Assembly: GCF_009914755.1 (NCBI RefSeq)
Contig: NC_060926.1
Origin: the human T2T-CHM13v2.0 reference genome, Homo sapiens
DNA length: 64,000 nucleotides
Reading direction: 5' to 3' (one strand)
The notes under the pieces are model-generated. The model worked only from the letters and a program-made list of their open reading frames with translations, made no database searches and was not told the origin of the DNA. Positions 12,922-27,744 of the stretch are shown here, in pieces. The first letter of the stretch is position 1; each line of letters opens with the position of its first letter. A program made the translations under genes and the position numbers.

Positions 12922-15900
12922 TCAGAGGAGCCAACGAGTCTGGACAAATAGGCCTTGCTGGGTTTCCCCACTCAGCCTATTAGCATTAGACCATACCCTT
13001 TTTGTCCAATCCTATTTCTATACAGCTCTTTATGCTTTGTCAAACCTAAGCATAAACATTGACAATTTCCCCTATATCTTTGGGTCTTCCTTCTGAAGTC
13101 TCTTTTGTACACATTAAGTCAATTCGTATGCCTTTTCTCCAGTTAATCTGCCTTTTGTGGGCTGATTTTTTCAGTGAACTATCAGAGGGCAAAGGGAAAG
13201 TCCTCCCTCAGCTCCTACAGCTGTAATCATGGAGGTGGTGCTCTCTGCGGTTGAGGCAATCCCTGAAGCAACTGACCAAGCTGAAACTGACCAAGCTGAA
13301 ACCTTTCTCAAAAATCTTCTGTGGGTTAAAGTCAGATTAAAAAAAAAGAATGGCAATATTTTAAAGGATTACATTGTAAAATTATTTTTAAAACTGCTTT
13401 AAAATAGTAAATTAAAACAGTTGAAAATCTTTTATTTAAATCAGAAAATAAAAGCTAGGGTTAAATAAAAACAAAAAAGAGAATAAAAAGTATGTCAGAC
13501 AAAAGCAATAGCTCAAAATTGAATAGGATTGGATAAAACTAAATTATAACAAATTTATAAAACTTTGAAAAAGAGAGAAGAAAATAAAACTGAAAAATAA
13601 AAGTAAAATTAAGTATCCTAAAAACAAGAAAATTAAAGGCAAATATAAACTTGAATTATTAACAATATAAGCTATTATTGCTGTAAACTTTAAGAGAATA
13701 AAGTAAATTATATAACAGTGGTTACAAAGTATTTTATATACAAAATGTAAAAAACACAAAGTGCAAGCCAAGTGCAGAATATGTCCAGAGGTTCTGCTTT
13801 TTTGACTCCTCATTTGTCGTCTGAAAATTTAAAGTTCTTTGAAAGGATATCCAGGTAAATTCTTTAGATGAAAAGCAGAAGCTCAGGTAATCAGAGCTAT
13901 TGCCTTACAGGGCCCAGTTTCTTCTCTATCTCCCTGAACCTCTGGTCCTCCCAGTCCCTAAACCTACAATACGTAAGTGAGTGATTCAGCCCACTTCCAA
14001 TTCCATGCACTGCCATTTGGAGGTGCTGGATAACACAGCAACATTCAGCACCTGAGCCACACAGAACTCCAAGCTGTTTACCACTTGAGGAGCGCAGGAA
14101 AAACAAGGAAAAATGGACTTCAAAATAGCAATAGAAAAAAGTGATTTCAAAGAGAACAAACCACCCCTTCCCAAAATGTATCTCAAATATATATGCCAAA
14201 AAGGTAGCATGAATATAAACAAAATAATCCCAAGGCACAGTATTTCCTCTTTGCTACACTTTTCACCAAACTAATCTTCTTAACCAGTATAGACAGTCTG
14301 TAAATTTAAACTTCAACTCATCTTCCATTTTGCTTGAAGTAGCAGATTTCAGAACCCTGGGATTCATAGACTCTTAGGAAAGTATGCAATTTTAACCTTC
14401 TGCCTTAACTTACGACCTAAAATAATCCCAGAAAAACTGTCTTACTGGTAAAGATTCCAAAGACGGTGCTTTTACAGCATTCTTTAGTAATTATTTAAAC
14501 ATTTAACAATTTATATTGCCAGGAAATATATATTAAAGAAAGAATGAAGAAAAAAGAAAAAAAAAATCATGTCTATTTGAAAGCAAAAGAATTGCAAAGC
14601 ACAAAAATAAGCAAATAAAGAACAATAATATTTGAAACTGATGACCGGCTTTAAATAACAAAGTTGAATATAAGTAAATGAAGATGTTTGGTCAAATAAC
14701 TACTTTTCCCAAAACAAGAACAGCCAGGCCAGCTGCTTCAACACCTTCCATGCCCTGCTGACAAAATCTCAACCTCAACACTGAACTCTGTCAAAACAAC
14801 AGCTCCATTTTTTCCAGGTGCCCTAATCAGATGACAAAGTGTCAACTCAAATATACTTTGCAGCACAAAGGACTCCAGCCCAGTACTAATTTCGTCCAAA
14901 ACAAATATACACAATATTTTAATATTCAGAAAAATCTACAAATTAATCTATCAAAATAATTTCATTTATAGGAATTTTATATTCTTAGTGAACATAATAT
15001 TTAACAATTCAGTCGTTGTGAATCATGTATTAAAGGCTAATCAGGTTGCTTAGACAAAGATATCAATTTCACAGGTATTCAAGACAAAAAAAGGTCTGAG
15101 TGAAGGAATTTCATGGATTGAAATAACTTTTCATAGACTATTGTTCAGAAACAGATTGGAGTCAAAAATGAACATTCTCTAATACCTAATTCTCATATAT
15201 CCAGCATGTTTATTCTTCCAGTATGTAAGTTCTCATTACACAAATGCATCAGTAGAAATTTATTTGGGTTTGAGCACCCTAGGCTATGACACTGAAATCT
15301 TCTGTTTCTGCAATTAAATGATATTGAAGTATGAAAACAGGAAAAAAAATGACAACAAAAAACACCTTGTATCATAAAGGCCACATGTATTTCACTCCAA
15401 TCTATATGTAAATTAATTATCTTGCAAGGCAAGAACGAAAATGGCTTTCACTATACACTATTTTTCTTTTTCATTGGGGCCTCTATAAAGATGGGGAAAA
15501 GCAAAAAAGTAGGCGCATGATATTTTCTGTTCCTATTTGCAAACTGTCAACTGACTTATACAAAAACAAAGCAGGACCAATATGAATATTTAGATCGAAA
15601 TTAAATTGAACAGAAACGAGATTATTTTATAAACTTTTCCTCTGAGATAAATCATGGACCTCTATTTGGGGGAGATGGGAATAACCATTTGCGAGATCGG
15701 CCTCCTCCATAAGCCACCAATCTTATTCGTTTCTGCAGTTTTTTTATCTTTTCATGAGTCTTTTGAATATGAGTTCTTTTACTCACACTGAATCTGCAGG
15801 GCAAGAAATGTTTTTAAATGCACAACTTTGTAGTTATACAAATTTTACATGAGAATTCAACATTTAAAATTCGTAGCAAATTGGATAGTCCTGATTTAAA

Positions 15901-16083
15901 TGTAATATAAAAGATTGAAGCATTTTTATCTCTGTTATCAGAGAAAAATACCATGCATGACACTATTTTTTATATTTGTCAAATTGTTTTCATGAGTTTT
16001 TAAAATTATATTATTGAAGAACAATTGTCAAGGATTCATTTATTTATTCTATACATAACTTCAAATAACATCATTAAATAGGG

Positions 16084-16398
<315 letters not shown>

Positions 16399-16571
16399 TC
16401 ATATACTTTGTTTTTATACAGGGTTCCATTGAATGGTACGGTGGTAAAGTCTTAAGTCAATAAAAGATCAACTATCTTCAGTTATTAAGATATTTTGAAT
16501 GCATAAATACACTATGGTTTCAAATCCTAACTTCAACACTTATTAGCTGTTCATTTTGAGAAATTTTTAAC

Positions 16572-17094
16572 CATGAGTTTCCCGAACTGTTTGCCAAGGT
16601 ATTCCAAGGATTGCCATGGGGTATTTTAGGTTTTCAAGAGCAACACAGTGATACTCAACATCTTTTCAATACAGTGCAAACAGGGTCAATATTAGATCAT
16701 GCCACACTCCTTTCAATGATGACATATTTTTGCAAAGCTGGGTTTTCAGAAATTAGTATGATAAGCAAGTACCACCTCAAATTCAATGTAAAACACAAAA
16801 TTGGGGTGGAGGTATCCTATCTGATGTAAAGTTTGCAAAGCTGTGCAGTGCCCAAAAGGCAAGTACATCCTGTTAGTAATTGTGGTTAAGAATGAAGTAA
16901 AAATAAACTTAGCTTCAATTTATGTATATTTTATTTTCCAATGGCTACCAAGTTGATAGAACCTACATACTTATTAAGGTTTTAGAACTAATAACTTAGT
17001 CAAGGAAACTTTTAGGAATACCTTTAGGCAGAGTGGTGTGAAAAATTACTGAGACGCTAAGAACATTGTGCAGTGAAAAAGTTTGGGAACCTAG
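16572..17094. mobile_element. hAT-Charlie (Charlie4-like) DNA transposon remnant flanked by MIR fragments
   Basis: Degenerate TIRs gtttcccgaact..agtttgggaac and internal gcaaagctgggttttc..ctgtgcagtgcccaa. Confidence 0.6.
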
Positions 17095-17347
17095 GAGTAT
17101 CCCTCTGAGAGGCATTTTCTTTATCTGTAAAATGAACATAATAGCTAGCTCATAGAGCTATTGTAAGAGTCAGAGTTTATAATGAATGTAAAACTGTCTA
17201 ATATAAAGTCCATATAAACTCTATAAATTTTAATTCTTTATTTTTTCAAGTGACTTAGCTTTTCAGTTTTGAATATTATTATATGAAAACATTTTTCTTT
17301 GCTATATTTATGTAAGTTATCACTTTATTACATAATATTTAAAGTAA

Positions 17348-17679
<332 letters not shown>

Positions 17680-18389
17680 TGAGGAGATGCTCACAATTCT
17701 TATCCCAAACCTTAGCATGAAACAAAAATGATTTATGAATTATCAAACATAAAGTAAAATATGTCCTGTATAGTTTTAATATTGATGATACTTTTAGAAT
17801 AAATAATTCCTATACACTCCGTTAGTCAGAATATTTCATAAATTAGAATATTCTATTTTCCTGAAAATTCATTTATAATTGAATCCAAATGCATGCCATT
17901 TTCACCATTTCCTAAGACTATGTAGCTATGACAGATGATTTGAGAATGTGTGACATTGTTACATAAATTTCATTTCATTTCTACTTCCATGGGAGTAAGG
18001 TCCAGTGAAAGCCTCCTGAATAAAAGTAGGCTGCAGTTCTGTTCAGACTCCAATGAGTAATTTTGAATCATTTGACTCCTCCTGGTATATGATGGCATAT
18101 CTTTGCAAAGCTGGGTTTTCAGCTGTAAAACCCAGCTAAAATGACAAGATCAGTCTTGCCCCAAAAGCAGTAAGAGATACAAAAAAAAAGTGGTAGTTAT
18201 TTATATCTTATTAGAACAATACAATTAAAATATTATTGGGAAGATAAAACTGCAACACTTAGGAAAAACCCAGAAACAATATAAGACCATATGTCATTAG
18301 ATGCTAAATTAGCAATTTCCCTATTAAGATTAAATATAATTATCTCGACATGTGTTATTAGTAGCATTACTAATAAAATAACACATTGC

Positions 18390-18818
18390 TATTGTCTATT
18401 TTTTGTTGCTGTAACAGAATACCTAAGACTGGGTAATTTATAAAGGTCAGGAACTTATTTCTTAAGTTCTGGAGGTTGGGAAGCTCAATATCAAGGGTCC
18501 CACACCTGATAAGGTGCTTGGTGCTGCATCATACCATGGTGGAAGGTAGAAGGGCAAGAGAGCATGCATGTGCACACATGAGAAGGGAAGAAAGAACAGA
18601 AGGAGAGGGAGAAGGAAGAGGGACTCAAACTCATCCTTTTATCAGAAACCCACTCCCACGTTAATCAACCCATGCCCATGACAATGGCATTAATCCATTC
18701 ATTAGGGTGGAGCCCTCAAGACCCAATCACCTCTTAAAGGTCTCAATTCTCAACACTGTTGCCTTGGGGGTTAAGTTTCCAACACATTAACTTTGGAGGT
18801 CACATTCAAACCATAGCA
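18390..18818 (-). mobile_element. MST-family MaLR solo LTR
   Basis: ttgctgtaacagaatacctaagactgggtaatttataaag..cacattcaaaccatagca. Confidence 0.85.
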
Positions 18819-19508
18819 CTTATGAACAATAATGAATAAATTATTTAACATTTTTTAAGTCTTAGCTTCTCAGCAATGAAATAAAAATTATAATGGCATT
18901 TACTTCATAGGAATGTTGTAAGAATTAAGTTCATTTATGGGTTAAGGTCAGCAATTTGGCACAGTGGCTAGAATAAGGCTTCAATCACCTACCTCAGTGA
19001 GATGCTGAGGATCACACTGCTGGCACTTTTGGAGCCTATGGCAAAAGTTCAACACTAAAGTTTATATAGTCTTACAACAAGTTATGAGGTATCTCCTATT
19101 ATCCCCATTTTACCAGTGAGGTAGCTAGGGCTCAAAGAATTATGTAATCTGCCTCAGAAGGTGAGAGGCAAAGGCCAGAGTAATAGGTAAACTCATTCAT
19201 GTGGCACACCACAAGGACAGGTTACTTCAGATGGAAGATACCCACTGTAAGGATATAATATGTCCAGAAAATCAACCTAGCAATAGTTGAGTAAAGTCTC
19301 ATGACATGCCTGTCTGCATACCTCAGCAACTCCAATAGAAAATCATTTTCTTGATTCAGCTTCTCTGTTTATGCTTCTTCTCCTGAGACTACATCTTTAT
19401 CTACACCCACTGCTGGAGCCAATTATTTGTCTTAGTCAGACTCCCCAGGAGAGGACATCACACTCCAGAGAGCATCTTTGCTAGGCAGTTTTCCCAGCTA
19501 CTTCATGA

Positions 19509-19689
19509 AGTGGTTCTCAATCTTGACCATGAATTAGAATTATCTGCAGATCTTTTAAAACATACCAATCCTGGACCTGCCCCAGACTAATTAAATCAGA
19601 ATCTCTGGGGACAGCGGGTATGGGCTAAAACATCAGCAACATTAATTATCCCTGTGTAAGCCTAATGTGCAGCCAGGTTGAGATCCATT
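19509..19689. mobile_element. MER5A (hAT-Charlie MITE)
   Basis: agtggttctcaa..ccccagactaattaaatcagaatctctgggg..aatgtgcagccaggttgagatccatt. Confidence 0.8.
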
Positions 19690-19794
19690 AAACCTCAGTG
19701 GAAGTCTTTGATTCAACAGCTGACCTCAGGTCCAGGGAGTGATGCCTTATGCCAGACTTCCTCCAAAGGAAATATGACTGGAATTTAAAAGTTT

Positions 19795-20419
19795 TGTGGT
19801 GTGTGACAAAGAATTAATCTTGCCCAAACAGAGGTTTGACCTTTGCCTTCCATTCCTGGGAGGTAACCTCTATGTCCTTGGAAGGTCCTGCCTAATCACA
19901 TTGTTTTTGTGTACCTTGGAATCTTGGACCATGCCAAATATCCTACACTAACAACGTGATTTATGGTTGGGGCCTTGATATACATGATATCAACTTGACC
20001 TCTGAAGGGGCTGGAGTCTAAAATCAGCCATATGAGTGGTCAATCATGTCTATATGGCCACACTTCAATAAAACTGGACACCAAGGATTGAGTAAGCTTC
20101 CCTGTGTCAACACCCCACACATGTTGTCACACATCATTTCAGGGAAATATTAGCACTGTTTGCGAGGCTCTACCAGGGAAGGATAACTGGAAGCTCATGC
20201 CTGGATTTCTCCTGGCCCCTGCTCTATGGACCTCTTCCTTTGGCTGATTTGAATCTATATCCTTTGTTGTAATAAACTGTAACCATGAGAACAACAGCTT
20301 TGCTGAGTTCTATGAACACTTCTAGTGAATTATTGAACCTAAGAGTGGTCTTGGGGATCCCAGAATTTGCAGTTTATGTCAGAAATTAGGGTGATCTTAG
20401 GGATCCCCTGAACTTTGCA
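19795..20419 (+). mobile_element. MER21-like solo LTR
   Basis: ttcctgggaggtaacctcta..ggggctggag..taataaactgtaaccatgag..agtgaattattgaacct..cccctgaactttgca. Confidence 0.75.
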
Positions 20420-21011
20420 TGTGGCCTATTCAGTTCACCCAGTGCAGATGGCCTCCTCTCTGAAGAACACAACAACTGCCATTCTGGATAATTCTCCATT
20501 TGAGTCATAGCAGCATCCTCTCATATCTCCATGCCTTTGCATCGGCTTCTTCCTGTTCTTGGAATGTCTTTACTCATCTTCATCATCAAGTCACTCCTTC
20601 TCATTCAATGTACTTTTCTCAGGTGTCACTTGCCCCCAGAAACCTCCACACCCCATCTGGATTACATGTTAGCCCTTTATGTTCTCTTAAGACCTTACAC
20701 CCATTTCTAACATAACCTTATCATAGTGTAACCCTCATACCTAAAGCTTGCTATTTTTGTTTTCTTTCAATCTCATACATCCTTGATAGAACTTTGACCA
20801 AGTTCAATTTTAGCAGCAAAGAAACTCCAGTATTTCATTCATCCTGTTTTCTTTCTCATTTACTGCTGTGCTGCCTGCTTAATGTTCTAATGTCACGGAC
20901 ATTGTGTTGTTACATTTGAGTTTTATTATTTGTGAGAAATTACAGGAAAACTGAAAATAAATGCCATCAAGAGAAAGAATTAGACAGACAGAAAGAAGGA
21001 GAAAAGACTGC

Positions 21012-21243
21012 AAATTTCACACATCAGTAATATTTCCCCTCAATTTGGGAGAATTATTATAGTGTCATAAATTTTCGATTTGGCCAAGTAAGCAAGTTAA
21101 CAAAGCTAACCTATTATAATACTCCATTCTTATCACATTGAATAAGTGGATATTTTAATAAGATATGAATAGAGAAATTATAATAGCAAGAATTAAGAAT
21201 GTAGAATTAATTTACCCTTAGGATGAACTCGTTATAGTATCTT
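21012..21243. repeat. Left arm (232 bp) of a long inverted repeat
   Basis: Reverse complement of 21881-22116; hand alignment gives about 21 substitutions and one 4-nt indel. Confidence 0.93.
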
Positions 21244-21880
21244 TTGGTTCAAAGTGGAGGTGGAGGAAGTAAAAGAGTTTGACAAGGAAGGTGAGCAACA
21301 CAGTGGCATTCAAAGAACAATAAGGCTGAAGAATCTACACTAAGAATCATTGTTGAGCTTTGATTCTGCTTGCAAAAAAACAAAAGAATAGATGTACATG
21401 AGAATTTAATAAAAATAGAATTGACAGTTTTCTCTGCATACTGGCAATAGGTTTACTGCTTTAAAAGATGGCATGCATTGCATTTCTCTCTTTTGTGTCT
21501 TTGATATACATGGTTATTTCCGGGAACATGAGTCAGTGACAACAAGATTCAACTGAAAAATTATCTGTTTACAGATTGTGAGTTTCATGAGGCAGAGACT
21601 TTTATCTTTATGTTCCTGGCACAGAGCACAAGCCTGGCTTGTGTTTGTTAAATAAATGAATGTCCTACAAAGAGAAGACAACCTCAAAGAAAGTCTCTGT
21701 TCTGACACCATGTTAGGATTATAGACAGCATTAAAGCTGGCCAGAATAAACGACATAATCTATGGCAGTGACTCCCAAATTTCAGTCCTTCGTCCAGCGC
21801 CAGTTAGTGATTAAGTTGTCATTGACTCCTCTGCAAAAAAAAAAAAACAAAAATAGGCGGGTGAGCGGGGGCAGGGTTGG

Positions 21881-22116
21881 AAGATACTATAACAAGTTCA
21901 CCCTAAGGCTCAATTAATTCTACATTCTTAATTCTTGCAATTATAATTTCTCTATTTACATCTTATTAAAATATCCATGTATTCAATGTGATAAGAATGG
22001 AGTGAGTATTATAATTTGTTAGCTTTATTAATATGCTTACTTGGTCAAATAGAAAATTTACAACACTATAATAATTCCCCCAAATTGAGGAGAAATATTA
22101 CTGATGTGTAAAATTT
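21881..22116. repeat. Right arm (236 bp) of the long inverted repeat, possibly inside an old hAT element (MER119/Charlie7-like) starting near 21767
   Basis: Matches the reverse complement of 21012-21243. The upstream cagtgactcccaaa..gtccagcgccagt resembles a Charlie-type TIR, but the family call is tentative. Confidence 0.9.
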
Positions 22117-22542
22117 AAAAACCTGAGAACACCCAGAAAAACGCTATAGATCCCTCAGAAGATGAGGAAAGAGCAAAAGCTCTGAGAAGACATTGTGTGA
22201 CCCATACAAGCAGAGGGCTGTGCAGCCAGTCATGCCTCAAAATGACCAGAGAGGAGAGTAACATGAGCAAACCATGGCAGCAGAGCAAAATACAGCAGAA
22301 TTTGTCAGAGCCACTCACGGAGTGAGTGCCTACATGGAAATATTTCTTATTCAGAGAGGTTTTTGACATGGGGAAATACTCATTGTGAAACACTAAGATT
22401 CTAAGACACTAGCAGATTTTATATCACTTTGAATTACCTATTAAATAGGACAAGATTTTTTTCTTTTATCAAAATTTCCTTTTGACACATAAGTGTTATT
22501 AGACATGCAAGTTCAGGAGTTTCATGCCACTGAGTTTTCATG

Positions 22543-22897
22543 GTGTCAGTCTGTTTTGTGTTGCTATAACAGACCACAGACTAGGTAATTTACAAAGAAA
22601 AGGCATGTATTGCTCACAGTTCTGGAGACTGGAAAGTCCTAGGGCATGGTACCAGCACCTTGCAAGGGCCCTTGTGCTGCATCATCACATGGCAGAAGGC
22701 AGAAGCGCAAGAGAACACACTGGGGAGCAAGAGAGAACTCACTTCCAGAAGTTTTTTTTTAAGGCATCAAACCCATCCATAAGGGTAGAATCTTTGTGGC
22801 CTAATCACCTCTTAAAGGCCTCACATCCCAATATTGTTACAATGGCAGTTACATTTCAACATGAGTTTTGGAGGGGATGAACATTCAAACCATGACA
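22543..22897 (-). mobile_element. MST-family MaLR solo LTR
   Basis: gtctgttttgtgttgctataacaga..ggtaatttacaaagaaaag..acattcaaaccatgaca. Confidence 0.85.
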
Positions 22898-25015
22898 CAT
22901 AGTCTACTGGGATTTTTGGTGGAAATTAAGCCAAGTATAGAATCTCATAAAATAAAGAAGTTATTAACTTTAAAATGTATTTATTTCTTTATTTAATAAA
23001 TAACAATTAATTGAGTCAATTTGAGCCTCTGGGAACACAACTATTAACACATTTCTATATTAATATGAATTTCAGTTATTTGATTTGTAAAGCTTAAAAT
23101 GATTTCACAAATAGTTATTCAATCTTTGTTTATTGCTTTCAGACATCTGATTGAAATCTATTATTCCATGTACTTTTTCAAGTTTGATTATAGCATCTAT
23201 AAATTTGTCCAGATATATGTGTGGAATTATCCTGACAAAAATATAAGTTGGCACCTTCCTCTAAGAACAAAATTTATCTTCTATTGTTATCCCCCATCCA
23301 AACTGGGTCATGCTGAACTAGAATAAAGAGTAAGAACAAGGATTTGAAAAAGAGAAAATACATTTTATAATTCTCTTAAAACAGGAAACAGAGGCTAGAA
23401 TGCTATGAATCCAAGCCTCTTATGCCATTAGAAGAACAAGAATAATAAGATTTATGTTTTTCATGTTCCTTTTCAGTTGTCTTATGTAATGCTATGGATT
23501 TAATTCCACAAAGTTACATATACACAAATATAATTTTCTTTCTTTCCTCAAATTCAGTTTCTATTTTAAGCACCATTTCACCAGGATGGCAAACTTTAAT
23601 CTTAGCTCATTTGAGTTCGCAACTCCAGTTTTTCTGGGGCTCTAAATTCTGGGTGTCTATATACTGCCAGAGGATTAAGGAGAACACATTTTGTCCTCAA
23701 TGCATATGATTCTTCAGATATCCAGTATGCTGTCCACCAGCCCATCCAATTATCAGCCCACACAAGACATTGCTGAGACAATTCGCATTCCTGCCTACAT
23801 GGCCCTTTAAGGTTCAGCAGTTCATCTACTCCCTGGATATACTCCTAGTGACACAGAAATTATCTCTGGAAGGTTCTCTGTGCCCCTTCTGCCGAGATGC
23901 ATAAAGCAGCCATCTCCTCTCTGACACTCCGCCACATCCCAAGACTCTAAGTCTGAGAATTGGGAGCAGATCCCTTTCTATCTTGGGTTCTACAAACTTC
24001 TCATATCTTTCCACATCTCCAGGTAATATCTTAGAAGCAGGGCTATCCATCCTTCTCTCTGTGACTCAGAAACCTTCATAACTAGGAGAATCTTTTGCTA
24101 TCTGCAGTTGACACTCCCCACTCCCTTAACCTTGCTTTGAGAGTGGAAGAATTACTTTCTCTATCAAATGTTTTTGCTTCAAAGAGCACCTAATATAATC
24201 TCCTCCCAGGGGCTGAGCCTTTTGGAAACACAAAAGCCTCAGTAAAAAGGAGATTCCATCCTTTTTACTCTCCAACCTATCACACTCTCCTCAGGAGGAA
24301 TAATACCCGTTAATATCCTTAAAACTGAGGTCTGTTGTGTTCTATAACATCAATTGTTTTTCAACCATTTACAATAACTTAAAAAAAAATTTTTTTTTTT
24401 GGTTATCATTATACAAATAATTCCTTGTTTTTCTCTCCCTTTGAATGTGTTGTCATAGTTTTTGGTTTCCAAAAGAAATTTTTAGAACTTGATTTTTGTG
24501 AATATAGCAAAATGTTTATTGTTTTTTCTAACATTTATACAATTCCTGAGGGTTTCAAAGTATTTAACTCCTATATAATTAAGTGAATGACGGTAGACAA
24601 GAAGAATACAGCATTACATCCTGAAGAAAAATGAGCTTTCTGATTTAGTATGAAATTTACAGGATGTGAATTACAGTTCATGCATATTCCTTTGGTTTGC
24701 TAATTTATAATGCATTTACTTAATAATGGAAATAGCCTCAAGAGAGAATTACACATTTTCATGACTTTGGAGAATGAGATTTGAAAATCTAATTAATGGC
24801 TTCATTTGTAAACTACAGAACATTATAGACTGGTTATCTCATTTCCAGATGTGCAAAATATGCCATCTTAGAGAGGAATTGAGGGTTAAGTATGCTCTAA
24901 ATACTTTTATTCATAAAAAGAATGACTGGAAAGAAATGAGACTATTTAGTATGACATAGAACCACTATTTAAAACTAGGTAGCAAGTGATTGTTTTGATA
25001 TAGTCCTCTAATCCA

Positions 25016-25189
25016 AGTGGTTCTAAACCCTAGCTGCATATTAAACACACGTGACAAGATTGTTTTTAATGTCCATGTCCTGGAACCATCTATAGAAATA
25101 CTGATTTAATTTATCAGAATTGAGTGGGGTATATTTTTAAAAACTACTCAAGGTAATTTAAAATGTGCAGCCAGTGCTGAGCACCACTG
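25016..25189. mobile_element. MER5A-like MITE
   Basis: agtggttctaaaccctagctgcatatta..aatgtgcagccagtgctgagcaccactg. Confidence 0.75.
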
Positions 25190-26647
25190 CTCTGTCTCAT
25201 TAGGTCAGAAAATAAACACGAGAAGGAAAACTGTGCAGTGATAGTTTCCAAAATGAGTAAGATAAACTATCCTGAAGTAAGTTCTTAGCAAGCCAAGTAG
25301 TCTTTTGTAAGTGTTGGAAGCACACTTCCAAGCAGTCTTCCAAATTTTTTTGCCATAAAGAAAAATAAATGCCCTTTATATGGGGTCTACACAGAAATGA
25401 TAGGAATGAATGTATATTAATTTTACAAATTGGTTCATACCATCCTACATCCAAGCTGCCGATTATCCACTCCCAGGTCAGTAGGAAGCAAAGGTACTGA
25501 CCTGGGCTGAGATCTCAGAAGGCTGAGCTAGATTTGATAGTAGCCAAGACTGCCCCAGAAATTAGGGACTCTGAGAGCCTGGTGAAACACAACATAAGTA
25601 TAGGTCCAAAATGAGAAGAAAACTGGAACAATAAGCACAGAGTCAACAGCAAGAAAGACACAGATTCAAGGACATATTCAGAGATGGAGTCTCAAAAAAC
25701 AATCTTCAGTGGATGGAAGTATTTTTCTAATAGCAGAGTCTGTGGGTAGGGAGCATAGTTAGAACAACACCACCCAAAAGAGGATATGGCTTAATTAACA
25801 ATAAATGGCACTCAACAACATTATTATTATTGAAATGCAGTGTTTTACTTGGTCCACACTGAACTGCAGTTTGCACAAGTGGTTGAATTAAAACTCTGCC
25901 ACTATCTATGTGCATAAGTTGACATCTGTAAATGCTTTGGGGCCTGGCAAGAAGAAGGAGGAAAAGATATGAATAGGTAGGCATATGCATACACTAAGCT
26001 GGGAATCTAATGAGAGGAAAGAAATGAGGATGGAGGTGACAGCACAATTACCATCCTTTCTGCCCAGCCAACAGACTGGTATAGACATTGCATGTAGAGA
26101 GAAGTTTAAAAGCAGAAAGACATAGTACACTTCTCTAGGATAGCCTGTGTTCCATTTCAGGCACAAGGAGTCTCAAGAAGTCTTGTCACAGGGCCCAAAA
26201 GACAGAAAAAAAACATTAAAGCAGTTGATATTTTACCTGCTCTTTCACAGACTAGGGTCATGGCCTGGGACGCAGGGTTCTTACCAGCAAACTGACTTCT
26301 AATGCACAGAAGAGAGTGTCCTCATAGGAGATAATAGCAGAAGAGCCATTAGTGAAGGGACACTAGTGAGGGGGCACAGAGACCCCTGACTACCTACAAG
26401 ACATCTTCCGAAGACATGTAGATATAAAGAGAGAGCCTTAGGAGTGGAGGGCAGGTCTTGCATAAGCAGGCTGTAACTACAAAAAACTGTCTTCATTTGG
26501 ATGTTAATATCATTGACTTCATTTCTGCCCATAGGCTACAGCCTAGGTTATTTGGATTACGTTATTATTTAATGAAACACCGTGACATAAGTTTTCTCAA
26601 CCATCAGCTTGCTTGAACATTATACAAACCCTTTAGATAAGAAGACA

Positions 26648-27030
<383 letters not shown>

Positions 27031-27429
27031 TTAACTTTGTGTCTCCTGATTTAAAATACGTAATAAGCCTCCTGCTAGCTACTATGCTCAAGGCACAGGT
27101 GGGCACCTCTACTCCTGGCTGCAGCTGCTTATTGAAAAGGTCTGTACTCAAAAGGAGAAACAGAAGCCACCGCATTTGTTAGCCAATAATCAGATGCTCA
27201 CATACCAGTGGATTCAGAAACATTTGTCAATAGTACTAGATCCTAAGAGGAATGTATATGGTAAGTCTTTACACTGATATCATGGGGACCAATGAACACT
27301 ATTTCCAATAGCACTTTTTAAAAGACGCAGAAACCTTTCTTTTATGGCCAGCCCTTATACCAACCCCTAATGAAAGCTGGGTCATATGAAATCTGTTCCT
27401 GGCAACCATGAGCAATATAATTTTTTGTA

Positions 27430-27710
27430 AATTTCTGTCTTGAGCCAGTTTTGAGGCCCTGGCTAGAGGCCTGTCAGTCCCCTTCTTGAGCAGCTGATTA
27501 TTAAGTCTATACCTCAACCACATTTCTTATTGGGCTCTCAGAACCTGGGCCACTATGCACGTGTCCTAATTGCCCTGGGGCCAGATACCAGACAACCAAG
27601 AACAGTTCCATGCCCCAGAGATTGAGAAACAATTCAAATTAGCCAGTCCACAGGGAGCCCAGCAAACCTAGCTAACCCCAAACCTCTTTCCATACTTCAG
27701 CTGCCCCCTA
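27430..27710 (+). mobile_element. MER54-like LTR fragment
   Basis: gaggccctggctag..cccttcttgagcagctgatt..gggccactatgcac..ccagacaac..attcaaattagcca. Confidence 0.55.
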
Positions 27711-27744
27711 CAATTCCACCTTAATATTACCCTTGCAACCCCCT

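Noticed and set aside
13268-13302. Short tandem duplications (aactgaccaagctga x2; similar ones at 8807/8833 and near 59195)
   Set aside because: Ordinary slippage duplications, common in mammalian DNA.
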